Part shown: one piece after another, positions 13,770-28,618 of the stretch
How the letters are laid out: every line of letters starts with the position of its first letter
How positions within the stretch are numbered: position 1 is the first letter of the stretch
Source: Octopus bimaculoides
Lineage: Eukaryota
Assembly: GCF_001194135.2 (NCBI RefSeq)
Contig: NC_068994.1
Location: 31,851,525-31,915,524 of the forward strand
Reading direction: 5' to 3'
Length of the DNA stretch: 64,000 nucleotides
The notes under the pieces: model-generated
What the model saw: only the letters and a program-made list of their open reading frames with translations
The model's database searches: none
What the model was told of the DNA's origin: nothing
Made by a program: the position numbers and the translations under genes

Positions 13770-14770
13770 GCACTGATCTGAGGTCAACTTCCTCTGTCAT
13801 TGTCTGCTGCATGTGCTGACAAAGCTCTTTCTGCTTCCCTCTAAATCAAGGGTTTGGTTCTACCCTTTACTCTCTTTCTTTTATACATCAATGACCTTCT
13901 TGCTGCTACATTCAACACCTACTCTCATGATTCTTCAATCCTCCCTAACCATGCATCGTTCATATGCAACCTAGACACCATACACCAAACCTGTGTTGAT
14001 TCCACAAACAGAAACCTGGAGAACATCCACCTTTGTTGCTATGACAACCATATCTCTTTTGACAATGAAAAAATTCATGCACTACTTATATGAAAACACC
14101 ATTGCATCACACCTGCTCTACACACTCAGCTAGAGCCCTCACAATCACTCCAAATGTTGAGCCTTACTCTCAAGGATGTCTCCTGGAGAGAGAACACCCT
14201 TAGCAAAGCTAGAACTGCACCCCAGAGACTAGCCCTTCTCTTTAAGACCAGAAGATATTTCAACCTCCAACAGCTGCTGACACGCTATAAGGCTTAAACA
14301 AGGTCTACAGTAGAGTGCTACTCCACATTTGGGCAGGTGCTAAGTTGCACATTCTGACATCCTGGACCATATCTAGAGACAGACCACTTGGCTGATTGGC
14401 ACTCCATCACTAACAGACACACCCCAGCCTCTGGTTAACACATGTTCTATTTCCTTTCATTCTATTTTTGAGTGTGACTATTTTAGTGCTCAAAACTACT
14501 GAAGTGCAACTAGAGCTTTTCTTTCAAATGCTTCTTTTCTCCTAGGAGTTGGTTGGTTTTGAACCTCCATAGCTCAGGCATCCTTGATGCACTCATCTCC
14601 CCACTTTTCATCAATGTTGGTGTATCAACCTCCTTTCTCTGCACTAGCAACTATTTTAAATCATTCCTTCACAAAACATAGGCCCACTGGAATCTCCTTC
14701 TTGCTCACATCTTTCTTGTAGGTGTTTTAAAGAACATTAACATATTAACAACACCAATCTCACTCATTGT
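13770..14770 (+). mobile_element. Decayed CR1-clade LINE, RT to 3' end
   Basis: Translates with frameshifts and stops to FTLFLLYINDLL (after a degenerate PQGSVL), KARTAPQRLALLFKTRRYFNLQQLLTRYKA and SFLHKT*AHWNLL. These match CR1 RT C-terminal motifs (TLFLLFINDLL, LLTLYKAQIRP, SFFPRTSRLWNSL). Confidence 0.85.
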
Positions 14771-15029
14771 GAAAGCTCTGTGAGAGGGTGAGGGTCATAG
14801 TCTCTGCACATTTCTCCAGACTCAGCAAGTAATAAAAAAGGAAGGAAGGATGCTGCACTCTGCAGACATTATTATAATTTCCAATGACAGATCATAATGT
14901 TCTAATACAAAATAGAATCAATAGAAATGTAAATATACATGAAAAAAAATGTCTTCCTTAAAAGCTTGTCTAATTAAATGTACAACCATTTACAGGATAA
15001 CATTGGTAAGTACATCTTTAATTTATCTG

Positions 15030-15470
15030 CTTAAAGTGGAGGGAAGGGGTGTATGAGGGAAACCCAGGAAGATATGGGATGAAGTATTGAAAGCCAATCT
15101 CAAAACGCTGAACCTTACGAAGGAGATGACAGAGGACTGAGATTTGTGGTGCATTGCTGTACTTGAGAGTACCCGCCCACCACAACAGAATTTAGATCCT
15201 AACACCAAGGTGCTACATAAAAAGTGTTGGTTTTGGTGCTGGTGCCTTGTAAAAAGCACTGGTGCCACTTAAAAAGCACTGGTGATAATACCACATAAAA
15301 AGCATCCAGTACACTGTGGAGTGGTTGGCATTAAGAAGGGCATCCAGCTGTAGAAATCAAGTCTATGGAACCTGGTGCAGTCTCTGGTCTTACTAGTTCC
15401 TGTCAATCTGTCCAATGGATGCCAGCATGGAAAATGGACATTAAATGATGATGATGATGATGATGATGAC
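15030..15470 (+). mobile_element. RTE LINE 3' fragment: ORF end, 3' UTR and (GAT)n tail
   Basis: KVEGRGV*GKPRKIWDEVLKANLKTLNLTKEMTED*DLW resembles the RTE RGRPRKTW...DR..W end; both stops are TGA, compatible with CGA decay. It runs into the common tail module. Confidence 0.85.
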
Positions 15471-16230
15471 AAGTGAACACTTTTATCAGTCTCTTTAAGT
15501 CTATTCTGTTTTCCAGAGAACCTCCGTATGGTTTGTGTAAAGCCACAAAAATGTTTTTTTATGTCACACACAAATCTTTTGTCTTTGGTAACTTTGGGGA
15601 AAGCAATATTGTGCTGCTCTGCATTTTCAAATATCCTCTACTAAGTCCTGGTCCCACTTATTCCTATCTACTTCATATCTTGAAGGTCCATCCTGATGCC
15701 TCTCCACCACTATTTTTATATCTTTCCAGCTCTATCTGATCCCTCCCATTCAATGTAGCTTCTCTACAACAAGAAACCTCTTCTGTTCTGACCACTTCTC
15801 TCATACTTTTATCCATCTTTTCCCCCCCTCATCTCCTAGCATTAAGTTACCCATTTGAGGTTTGTAGTCTTGCAAGCTGCATGATGGCCTCACTTTTGCT
15901 GATAGCACAAAAAGGCACCCAATACAGGCTGTAAAGTGGTTGGCATTAGGACATCAAACCTTAGAAAGCATAGCAAAATGAATAGTGGTGTATGATGCAG
16001 TTCTGGGACCCACTGGATCCTATCCAAGCCAAGCCAATGGAACATGGATATGCAATAATAAGATGAAGATTATACGAGTGAAGACTAACTGGGTTTGGTA
16101 CAAAAAAAAAAAAAAAAAAAAATCCACCAGCAACCTTCACTGAATATTGGTCTCCATCCTTTCTAGTCAACAGAGGTTGTTCATTCAGTCAACTTTGGTG
16201 TGGACTGTTTGATTGCTTCTCACACTTTTC

Positions 16231-16886
16231 CTTTTCATATTGGTTTAAAAGGCTAGCAATTTTGGGGGAGAAGGTAAGTTGATTACATTGACCCTCCCAC
16301 CACTGATCAACTGGTACTTATTTTATTGCATTCCCACCTTCGAATTGATGAATGGCAAAGTCAGCTTCATTGGAATTTGAACTCAGAACGTAAGTGTCCA
16401 ATGTGCTAATACTTCTACTAGCTTGCCACCTCAACTTATTTTTTCTATGTTGGTTTCAAATTTTGGCACAAGGTCATCAATTTTGGGGTTGATTACATTG
16501 ACCCCACTGATCAACTGGTACCTATCTTATTGCACCCCATCTTCTGAATGGATGAATGGCAAAGCTGGCCTCTGTGAAATTTGAACTCAGAATGTAAAAA
16601 CAGACGAACTGTTGCTGAGCATTTTGCTCATTGTGTTAATGATTCTACCAGCTTGCTGCCTTTTCATATTGGTTTAAAATTTTGGCACAAAGCCAGCAAG
16701 TTCAGGGGAAGGGGCTGAGTTGATTAAATCTACCCCAGTGCTTGACTGGTACTTCTTTTATTGACTCCCAAAAGGATGAAAGGCAAAGTCAACCTTAGTA
16801 GAGTTTGAAGTCAGAATGTACAGATAGATGAAATGCCACTAAGCATTTTGCCTGGCATGCTAACGATTCTGCCAATTTACCACCTT
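16231..16886 (-). mobile_element. Three head-to-tail Meta-like SINE copies
   Basis: Units at about 16231-16435, 16440-16662 and 16663-16886, each with AACTGGTAC...GGCAAAG...TTTGAACTCAGAA or a close variant. Confidence 0.8.
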
Positions 16887-17623
16887 AATTTATCCTTTTC
16901 CTATTAATCACCAATTTAGTGCTATTTCTAACTATACAAAGTTGCTCTATGTAGTTCTTAGACGGAATGAAACAACTTGGTGCAGATGTTTGGATACTGA
17001 TGTTTTGGCATGGCAGATTGGAAATTCAGTCAGTTTTGGCATCAGTACTTTTTGCTAATGGAGGCAAACACATACATATGCTGCATGCACAGATAGATAG
17101 AAATATGCAGACAGACAGAAAGGGGGAAGGGAGGGAGAGAGAGAGAGAGGGAGAGAGAGAGAGAAAGAGAGAGAAAGAGAGAGAGATGTTATACAATTTA
17201 TTAATTGAACACAACTGACACAAACACTTTCCCTCTCCTCATATACAAAATGAGAAATATACTCTCAGGGAGGGAGGGAGGGAAGGAGAGAGAAAGAGAG
17301 AGAGTGTGCGAATGAGTGATATGTTAAAACAACCAATGTCAAATAAGGTAGAGTTGAATCACTGACACCAAAATGGCTGTGCCAAAATGTTTTAGATCCA
17401 TCAATCCAGAGCTTATCCCAATTGCCTAGTTACCACTTAATGATCATAAGCTCAACGTCCTAATAACTCAGTCACATGACTGTTTACTACCTTTATTCTT
17501 TATACAAACCACAACAAACTTTCAATGTAGGTGAAATCTATACACATATCACACACCTGATCCTCCTCACCGGACATACATACATACATACATACATACA
17601 TACATGCATACATACATGCATAC

Positions 17624-17696
<73 letters not shown>

Positions 17697-19962
17697 AACA
17701 TACACATACACATATACAATATTTAAATATAAGGTACTAATCGTTTTATGCCATGGAAACTCAATAATTCAGCAGATTTATATAACATGCCTTGTATCTC
17801 CAAGCAATCTTTTCAGGCTCAAATACACATGATTGGACTTTCGAAAAATAGGATGCTGGTCTATGAGAAAACATAAAAAAAAAAATGAGGAGGTGGATGC
17901 AAGAGGTGGAATGAGAAAACAGGAGGTGAATAAAAATATAAAAAGGAAAGAAAAGAAAGAAACCCAAGAACTGCATCCCCTTTGTCCATTGAAATAATAA
18001 TCTACCTTGTGTAGAATAATTCAACAGAGAGGAAGCTGAAGTCTGTGAGGCAGCTGCTCGGTGTGGAGAAGGTAGTGTCCTCCAGTTTGACAAAACAAAT
18101 TTATCCTTGTGCTTGCATTTGTTAAAAGTTTCTGATCTTGCATTTGCTAAAAGTTTCTGATTTGGAATTCTTGGATCTAAAAAGTATGTATGATCTTTCA
18201 GCTACACATAGTTGGTATGTCTGATCCATTTGCACATCATATAGATTTCACCATGATGCTCCACTTCTCTGTATGTGGTCTGCTATTGGTCTTCAGGTGA
18301 GATCCCAGTGCTTAAATGGTATGAAAGGATGAAAGGCAAAGTCGACTTTGGTGAAATTTGAACTCAGAATGTAAAGCTGGAAGAAATGCTATTAAGCATT
18401 TTCTTTGGCATGATAATGATTCTACCAGTTCACCACCTTATCTAATGATAACAACTTGTAGTACACAGAAATTCCATGGTAAATACGAAATTTTTTTAGA
18501 TGGATGAAAGATTATATAAAATCATAAAAAATAGTATTTCTTTTGAGATTGTATATTCTGCATTATTTTCATTAAAAATCAAAAGCCTTTCAGTTCTTCT
18601 GGATAAGGCTGTAATTAAGGGAGCATGATTTTCCCATTCTCACAGAGGTTTGTTTATAAATCTGAGAGCTTCACAATGGTTAACAGAGAATATTCATGTC
18701 ACCAATGTTGTAAATTTCAACCATATGTTTATAGTTTTTTTGACATTCTCTCTCATTTTTCTTTTCTTTTCTATCTTGAACATATTCTCTTATCTTTTGT
18801 AAATACTCACTGTATTCTCTTTGATTCATATTTCCCCTTTTATGCTACTGTTACTTTGCTTGTTTTAGTGACTTAACCTTCTCACCTTATGTCATTACCA
18901 TTACTGTCTCATTCTTTCTCTTGTTAGTTTACATTCTTTATCATCCATATTTTATTTACAAATATCAATTTTCATATGAGCAGACAAATAAATAATTGCA
19001 CTTATGCACATCTGTTAAATGATGGGTGATCTAAATATTTAGTTCAATAAAAGAAATACAATTTTCACTGTTCACTGTTCAATCTTCACTGTTCACTGTT
19101 CAATCTTCACTGTTCCTAACCATGTGGTTAGGAAGCAAGCTTCTTGCCACACAGCTATGCCTGCACCTTCTCCAAACTATTTTAGTTTACATTGCTCTCA
19201 ACATGTTCCAGACCTTTCTGTTTCCATGCAGCTTGTTTGTCCTTGCTCTCAACATTCTTGCTAACATGTATCTGCATCCTCCTCCACTTCCTTGATTGTC
19301 AGTGCACCAATTCAACTGACCTTTTACACTACTCTCAATAATGTCAGTTTTGGTGTTGCTATTGATCTTAACCATATAGTACTTATCCCTTCTTATGTGA
19401 ATTTTAGCTTTTAAAATTGTTAAAATTTACCTGACTTTAAGTAAGGGTGGAATTACAGAATGTATACCTTGGATTAGTGTGGTTATACTTTATAATTTCC
19501 ATAATTAAAGAAATGTGTAATGAGTTTCTGGAGCATGATCGGTGCCTGTTTATATGTATATATGATGAATGTATACATCTGTCTGCATGTATATATAATC
19601 AATCTGTGTGTGTACGTGTGTATACACACACACACAAATATACATTATATATATTTATATATATTCACATACGTATATGTGCATACGTATATATTCACAT
19701 ATATGGGTATATGCATACATATAAATACACACACACACATACATATCACTCATAGAAACACACACATAAGCACACATGCACCCTCTCTTTCAAACGTGCA
19801 CACACACACACACACACACACAGAGTGCTTATCAGTAAACGTCCATATATCTAACCAGCTGATGGTATCATCACTATCATTATCATCATCATTAACATCA
19901 ACATTATCACTACTGTTGCCTTTGCTGCCACCACTTTTTTAGCATTTCTCATTTCTCATTTC

Positions 19963-20004
<42 letters not shown>

Positions 20005-20840
20005 TATGATATTTTTTTTTTTTACGAGAAAGATTTATTATTTTATTAATTGCCAAGAGTAGAGTGCCAAGCTCACTTTCAGAAACCCTATGTGATATCA
20101 CCATCTTTTCAGAATCTTTGACAAATGGCAACCAGCTACCAAGTGTGTATGCATGTATATGTGTGTATGTATGTGTGTACATATGTGTGTATGTATGTGT
20201 GTGTGTATGGGAGGGGGGGCATCAACTGAACTACAAGCCAAAAAAAAAAATGAAAGGAGTCTTGCTCATGTCTTGTTAAATTTTCTTGGTTTGCTTCTTA
20301 TTTTCCTTTATTCATCATGTTTTTAGGGTTTTTTCTGTTTGTGTTTTCTTTGGTCTTAACACTGATTTCTACCTTTCATTTCATTGATTATTTTGGCGAT
20401 GACAGTATGCTTCCAGTGTTGATAATAATGGGGGCGAGGTAAGTTAAGAGTGAAGAGTGATAAGATATTTTGTAACCTCCTATATATTTTTCCCCACCAC
20501 CATTTTTCCTGGTTTGCTTTAACCTAAAATGAAAGCTATTAAGACGACGGACACAGTTCACTCCTTGTGGTTGACTTTCATAGGATTGCGTTCTCATCAG
20601 CTTGGGAAACAACACAGTGACTATGACAAACACACCAATACCTATGCTAATATATATATATGTAGCTATGTGTATACATGTGTCTTTGTGTATACATGCA
20701 TGCTCACATACGCAAACATTTTTTTCTCAAGAAACTAATGTAAAATATACATATGCCTGCATGTATGCACACACGCACACCCCCTTACACACACACACAT
20801 GCATAAATACATGCAATGCTTGAATCCATGAATGTGCATA

Positions 20841-20881
<41 letters not shown>

Positions 20882-21008
20882 ATAAAAATATTCATATACA
20901 TACACATACAAACATGCATATTATTCTTTCTAAATGCACCAAACATATACATACCTAAACACACCCATATATCATTCTTTCCATATCTATCAAGTATACA
21001 TAAATACA

Positions 21009-21063
<55 letters not shown>

Positions 21064-21723
21064 NNNNNNNNNNNNNNNNNNNNNNNNNNNNNNNNNNNNN
21101 NNNNNNNNNNNNNNNNNNNNNNNNNNNNNNNNNNNNNNNNNNNNNNNNNNNNNNNNNNNNNNNNNNNNNNNNNNNNNNNNNNNNNNNNNNNNNNNNNNNN
21201 NNNNNNNNNNNNNNNNNNNNNNNNNNNNNNNNNNNNNNNNNNNNNNNNNNNNNNNNNNNNNNNNNNNNNNNNNNNNNNNNNNNNNNNNNNNNNNNNNNNN
21301 NNNNNNNNNNNNNNNNNNNNNNNNNNNNNNNNNNNNNNNNNNNNNNNNNNNNNNNNNNNNNNNNNNNNNNNNNNNNNNNNNNNNNNNNNNNNNNNNNNNN
21401 NNNNNNNNNNNNNNNNNNNNNNNNNNNNNNNNNNNNNNNNNNNNNNNNNNNNNNNNNNNNNNNNNNNNNNNNNNNNNNNNNNNNNNNNNNNNNNNNNNNN
21501 NNNNNNNNNNNNNNNNNNNNNNNNNNNNNNNNNNNNNNNNNNNNNNNNNNNNNNNNNNNNNNNTATATGCATATAAATGTTTATATAAGTATGCACATAC
21601 AGACATAAGCATATGTATATATACATTTATATATGTATATTCATGTCTTAATATATATATATGTATTTATATACATATCTATATGCATATGTGTGTGTAT
21701 GTGTGTATGTACATATTCAAATA

Positions 21724-21763
<40 letters not shown>

Positions 21764-22720
21764 TATATAATTGTTCCAACCATTTACCAATATATGGCTT
21801 TCTCTTACTTCATCCCAATCTTGGGTGTATGTGTGTGTGTGTGTATGAATGTGTTTTGATATTTTGACCAAGGAGAGAAAGGAGAGAGAGAGAGAGAGAG
21901 AGAATGTGTGTGTGTGTGTCTGTGTGTGTGTGGTGGAAAGAGAGAGAGGAAGGGAAGAGAGGGTTTTGTACATTTACATGCTTCGCAAGTAGCTTGGGTT
22001 GTGTGCGCATGAATATTTATGATCTGTTGTGGATGTAGTCACAAAGCTCAAACTTATTTTGTGTCTTACACACGTCATTATGTGAACACACACACACACA
22101 TATCTATATGCACACATACACACAAAGACACACAGTTGTGTGTATGTGATAATGTGTGTGTATACAAATATATATATATATATATATATACAAATTATTT
22201 ATCTATCTATATATACTAATACACATGCACACACAAAAACAAATATTTCTAAAAATTACATATATATATATATATATATATACCTTTTTTCTTAATATAT
22301 TTGAAGTACATTTTCCAATTTTAGGAAAGTTTTGTTTGGTTTTGAAATTCTTCACTCCTACCCTCACCTAAAAATATATATAAACCTGCCCTAGTTATTA
22401 ATTTGTCATTAGAACATCATTTTACATGCTTCTTATTAGAGTGCAAAGACTTGTTTAACACCAGGTGAGACCTGATCTCATAGACATGATCATAGGGGTT
22501 CTAGTTGTTGCCATATACTTTTCAGGCATTGTACATCTACGATTGTATTGCAGAATATTTTCTACATATTTTAAAGACATTAGGGCATGATAAGAGAGAT
22601 ATTTGGTGTCTCTTTCTAGCAGGCCAATCATCCTGTTAGAGGGATCTTTTTCAGCTTGTATGTTAAGAATGTATATTTTCTCCAGATTATAGACCAAAAT
22701 TTGAAAACAAAAGATACAAA

Positions 22721-23020
22721 ATCATCATCATCATAATCATCGTTTAATGTCCGCTTTCCATGCTAGCATAGGTTGGATGATTTGACTGAAGATTGGCAAA
22801 CCAGTTGGCTGCACCAGGCTCCAGGAATCTGATCTGGCAGAGTTTCTACAGCCAGATGCCCTTCCTAACGCCAACCACTCCGAGAGTGTAGTGGGTGCTT
22901 TTATGTGCCACCAGCACGAGGGCCAGTCAGATGGTACTGGCAACGGCCATGCTCGAGTGGTGTTTCTTACGTGCCACCTGCACAGGAACCAGTCCAGCAG
23001 CACTGGCAACAACCCCGCTC
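22721..23020 (-). mobile_element. RTE-type 3' tail, young copy
   Basis: (ATC)n CGTTTAATGTCCGCTTTCC...GATGCCCTTCCTAACGCCAACCAC; CpGs retained. Confidence 0.85.
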
Positions 23021-23518
23021 GATATAATGTAATTATGTGTTTATAAAACACACACACACACACATCGTCATCATTATCATCATCATCATCATCATAAAGA
23101 TCAGCTGCCCTGCTGATGTAAATATCTCTGAAAATCAAAGAGAAAAAGGGTAACTACAGACAACTGCTTCAAAACCTTTAGCTTCAATACCCAGATTATA
23201 GATTAACATTGGGACCCATGGAAATTCTTCAGTGCAAGTCAGCATATTTGAAAGCATAAATATATTCAACTCAAGCAAGGAATTTCAAAAAAATTCTCTT
23301 GAAATTGTGCCAGTTAATCAAAACTGTACTTCCAAATATAATCAAAATGAACTTTAGGTATTGCTTATTTACCTCTTTTTCATATGCTTGACAGATATCA
23401 GATATAATGTGTTGTATAGGTTTAAGGAAATAAAAGATGAATTAGAATGACAAAACTTATTCATATATAAATATACATACATACATACATACATACATAC
23501 ATACATACATACACACAC

Positions 23519-23549
<31 letters not shown>

Positions 23550-23693
23550 NNNNNNNNNNNNNNNNNNNNNNNNNNNNNNNNNNNNNNNNNNNNNNNNNNN
23601 NNNNNNNNNNNNNNNNNNNNNNNNNNNNNNNNNNNNNNNNNNNNNNNNNNNNNNNNNNNNNNNNNNNNNNNNNNNCTCACACAGATCTCTATC

Positions 23694-23728
<35 letters not shown>

Positions 23729-24156
23729 ATAACTGCATTTTTCACCAAAGCTCAGTTCAAGTTATTTGCCAATTGAGATTATTTTCATTTCTTTTCATTT
23801 CACTTCAGTTAACTATCTATTTATATATTGATATATATCTCTTTTTGAATAACTATTGATATATCTGTAGACCACCCATCTGCCCATGATGATGATGATG
23901 ATGATATATAACATCATCATCATCGTTTGATGTCCATTTTCCATGCTGCATGATTTGGATGGTTTAAAGGAACCAACAGGCTAGAAGACTGTACCAAGCC
24001 CCAGTGTCTGCTTTGGCATGGTTTTTAAGTCCGAATGCTCTTCCTGATGCCAACTACTTTACAGAGTGGGGGATAGTCAATCACATTGAACCCAGTGCTC
24101 AATGGGTACTTATTTCATTGACCCTGAAAGGATGAAAGTCTGCCAGCTGATTATCT

Positions 24157-24201
<45 letters not shown>

Positions 24202-24504
24202 CAATTTGTTATTGGCAACAGAAGTAGTATTGCCAATCCTGCTGGCTATTTGTGATGCCAGTGTTTTGTTTATCACTGTGTTTCTATATCAGTAGAGTCT
24301 ATATTTCTCTTAGTATGCAGTTGGTAGTGGATATTTGGGACTGTTGACAAATATACAGAGATCTAGATTTAGCAATTTCATCACTGTTATTGGATGCTTT
24401 TCATCTGCTACTGATATTATTCTGTGCTTTTTAACATTAGACATCTAGACAAGATGATTTTTTGAGATGTATATTGCAGTTTTGTGGCTTTCTACAACAT
24501 AAAT

Positions 24505-24690
24505 AGGTGCGGGAGTGGCTATGTGGTATGAAGCTTGCTTCCCAACCACATGGCTCCAGGTTCAGTCCCATTGTGTGGCACCTTGAGCACGTGTCTTCTA
24601 CTATAGTCTTGGACTGACCAAAGCCTTGTGAGTGGATTTGGTGCCCAGAAACTGAAAGAACCTCATCGTATATATATATATATATATATA

Positions 24691-24748
<58 letters not shown>

Positions 24749-24895
24749 TGGTGGTTTGGCAAAAAGAGACCGATAGGATAAGTACCAGACTTAAAAAAAT
24801 AAGTGCTGGGGTGAATTCATTTGACTAAACTTCTTCATGGTGGTGCCCCAACATGGCTGCAGTCTAATGACTGAAACAGTTAAAAGATGAAAGAT
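24505..24895 (+). mobile_element. Full CORE-like SINE with internal (TA)n(TG)n
   Basis: tRNA-like head (TGGCTATGTGG...GGTTCAGTCCC), CORE-like GGCACCTTGAGCACGTGTCTT, microsatellite, tail ending TGACTGAAACAG-T-AAAAGA. Confidence 0.85.
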
Positions 24896-25295
24896 ATCCA
24901 TGTTAAGTAAGATATGCAAAATGCTATTCTGAACTAATATTGCTTCCATTGACAATAATGACTATATAGATACAATACAATATGCCAATTAAATGATAAG
25001 TAGCTTTGTGCCTTTGATAAAGGGGTAGGTTTGTCTGTTTTTGTTGCTACCTCACTCATCTTCACTGCCCACCCCCAACTCCCCTTTCACTTGTACATTT
25101 GTCTCTTTTACTTACCCCTTTCTCTCGGTCTCCCCTTCTCATAATTCATCTTGTTCTCTCTCTATACATGCTTCTCACTGCCTGTTGCTTTCTTCCTCTC
25201 TGTCGATCTGTGTGTGTGTGTATGTGTGTGTGTGTATGTGTGTGTGTGTGTATGTGTGTGTGTATTCTCCATCTCTGTAAGTATGTGTGTATATG

Positions 25296-25340
<45 letters not shown>

Positions 25341-25595
25341 NNNNNNNNNNNNNNNNNNNNNNNNNNNNNNNNNNNNNNNNNNNNNNNNNNNNNNNNNNNN
25401 NNNNNNNNNNNNNNNNNNNNNNNNNNNNNNNNNNNNNNNNNNNNNNNNNNNNNNNNNNNNNNNNNNNNNNNNNNNNNNNNNNNNNNNNNNNNNNNNNNNN
25501 NNNNNNNNNNNNNNNNNNNNNNNNNNNNNNNNNNNNNNNNNNNNNNNNNNNNNNNNNNNNNNNNNNNNNNNNNNNNNNNNNNNNNNNNNNNNNNN

Positions 25596-25642
<47 letters not shown>

Positions 25643-27517
25643 GTTCCCTATTTCTAATATATATGTTCAGCTCTATATTTTTTTCTTTGCATGTATCTCT
25701 TTCTCTCTATATACATCTTATATTAATTTCCCACCTCCGACCAGTGGGTTTCATATTTATCCGAGTGACTAGCAAGATAACATAAAATGAATATGAAGGC
25801 AGCAGCTGTTTATTAGGCAACAGATATCCATTGCATTCATCATACCTCACGAGATGCATTGTTAGCATGCAAAGGGATGTATCCATTGTCAAGGGAGTTT
25901 CTACATGGAAGCAGCACTGTCAGAAATTCCATCGACAGACATGCGATAAGGGGTTGAAGATGAAAGCTGACAGTTTATCGCAACCCTTTTCAGCTAATAG
26001 TCATCACCCACAAAACCCTATCTAAAGCATCACGCCACCCCCTTCACCTCACTGGTATATTAAATGGAGTTTAACCAATCCAATTCTGCTGCAACCACCA
26101 CTGGCTCCATCATCAACCACCCATGCACTCACTCCAATCCTATATCTGTCTTATTCGTTTATTTTCATTCTGTTTTTGCTGTCAAGATATTTAAATACAC
26201 TTATGTGTAACATGCATTTATGCAAATGACATGTATGTATGTATGTATGTTTTCATGTATGTATGTATGTAGAAACGATGCCAAAACAGACATTGGGACT
26301 CGGTGCAATCTTCTGGCTTGTTGAATTTTATCTATCCACCTAACCCATGCTAGCTTGGAAAACAAATGATAAATGATGATGAGGTTATATAATATGTGTG
26401 TGAGTGTACATGCAAACACATCAAGCACATATTTATATATGTATTCATAAAAAGTCACCATAACCATACATACACACACACACACACGCAGATACACAGA
26501 CAAACATGCAAATGTCTGGTAAAATTATGTATTTATGTACATATATCAATGAATAAGTGAACTTGTTATTCTAGGCACAAGGCGCGAAATTTTAGGGGAG
26601 GGGGCCAGTTGATTAGATCGATACCAGTATGCAACTGGTACTTAATTTATCGACTCTGAAAGGATGAAAGGCAAAGTCAACCTTGGCGGAATTTGAACTC
26701 AGAATGTAAAGACAGATGAAATNNNNNNNNNNNNNNNNNNNNNNNNNNNNNNNNNNNNNNNNNNNNNNNNNNNNNNNNNNNNNNNNNNNNNNNNNNNNNN
26801 NNNNNNNNNNNNNNNNNNNNNNNNNNNNNNNNNNNNNNNNNNNNNNNNNNNNNNNNNNNNNNNNNNNNNNNNNNNNNNNNNNNNNNNNNNNNNNNNNNNN
26901 NNNNNNNNNNNNNNNNNNNNNNNNNNNNNNNNNNNNNNNNNNNNNNNNNNNNNNNNNNNNNNNNNNNNNNNNNNNNNNNNNNNNNNNNNNNNNNNNNNNN
27001 NNNNNNNNNNNNNNNNNNNNNNNNNNNNNNNNNNNNNNNNNNNNNNNNNNNNNNNNNNNNNNNNNNNNNNNNNNNNNNNNNNNNNNNNNNNNNNNNNNNN
27101 NNNNNNNNNNNNNNNNNNNNNNNNNNNNNNNNNNNNNNNNNNNNNNNNNNNNNNNNNNNNNNNNNNNNNNNNNNNNNNNNNNNNNNNNNNNNNNNNNNNN
27201 NNNNNNNNNNNNNNNNNNNNNNNNNNNNNNNNNNNNNNNNNNNNNNNNNNNNNNNNNNNNNNNNNNNNNNNNNNNNNNNNNNNNNNNNNNNNNNNNNNNN
27301 NNNNNNNNNNNNNNNNNNNNNNNNNNNNNNNNNNNNNNNNNNNNNNNNNNNNNNNNNNNNNNNNNNNNNNNNNNNNNNNNNNNNNNNNNNNNNNNNNNNN
27401 NNNNNNNNNNNNNNNNNNNNNNNNNNNNNNNNNNNNNNNNNNNNNNNNNNNNNNNNNNNNNNNNNNNNNNNNNNNNNNNNNNNNNNNNNNNNNNNNNNNN
27501 NNNNNNNNNNNNNNNNN

Positions 27518-27554
<37 letters not shown>

Positions 27555-28585
27555 ATTAATAATGGACAGATAGGGTTTGCTGTGTGGTTAAGGAGCTTGC
27601 ATTCCAGCCTTGAGCTCTTGAGATCAATTCCACTATGTGGCACCTAGAACAAGTGTCCTCTCCAATTTTATAAGTGCAGGCATCCCTTGTGAATATGCCC
27701 AGCATTCTGCCACCATCTCTATTCTGCTATCTCCCACTCTCTCTCTCTCTCCTTCTCCTGCACTTCCTTCAGGCTGGGTAACCATGCATTTCCTTTGCGG
27801 TAGCATGCCTGTTTCTGTCTTTATTCCTGATCTCTCTCCCCACCCCCCGGCCGGGTAACCTTGTACTTCCTCTACAACAAGACACCTGTTTCTGTTTCTC
27901 TGTCTCACTATAACCTTTCATCATCTGACACAATATCACCTTCACCAATGCCTCTCCCTTCATGAAATTTTTTTTATTTGTCTTGCAAGCACTTGGTGAC
28001 CCTGTCAGTGCAGGTGCCACTTAAAAACACCCAGTCCACACTGTAAGGTGGTTGGTGTTCGGAAGCACTAAGTGCACTCTGTTGAGTGGTTGGTATTAGG
28101 AAGGGCATCCAGCTGTAAAAATCATGCTGAAACAGTCTCAGAAGTCTAATGCAGGCTTCTGCCTGGCTGGCTCTTGTGAAACTGTCCCACTTATGCTAGC
28201 ATGGAAGGTGGACGTTAAATGATAATTTGATGAGGCATGACTCTGTAGTAAGAAATTTGCTTCCAGAACACATGGTTCTGGTTTCAGTTCCAATGTGTGA
28301 TACATAGGGCAAGTGTCTTCTGCAACCAAAGCCTTATGAGTTAATTTGGTAGATGGAAACTGAAAGAAGCCCATTGTGTATATAAATATATATTTTTATA
28401 TCTTTATCTTTTATCACTTACTTATTTCAGTTATTAGACTGCGGCCAAATGGTTAAGATAAACTTACTTGGAAATGGATGTGTGGCATTTAATTAAATAT
28501 AAATATAAATAACATATATATTCGTGTATTTAACTCATTTATTTTCGTATTTCATGTTCTTTACTGTTGGTGACGTCCTGTACCC

Positions 28586-28618
<33 letters not shown>

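Noticed and set aside
18108-19115. Short tandem duplications (25 bp near 18110, ~21 bp near 19065)
   Set aside because: Ordinary slippage duplications with no further structure.
20327-20438. Plus-strand exon candidate (TTTTTAG|G...GAG|GTAAGT) reading FFLFVFSLVLTLISTFHFIDYFGDDSMLPVLIIMGA
   Set aside because: Good splice signals, but the hydrophobic reading follows from T-richness; no recognisable protein and no partner exons.
22455-22697. 80-aa minus-strand ORF
   Set aside because: No identifiable domain; expected by chance in AT-rich DNA.
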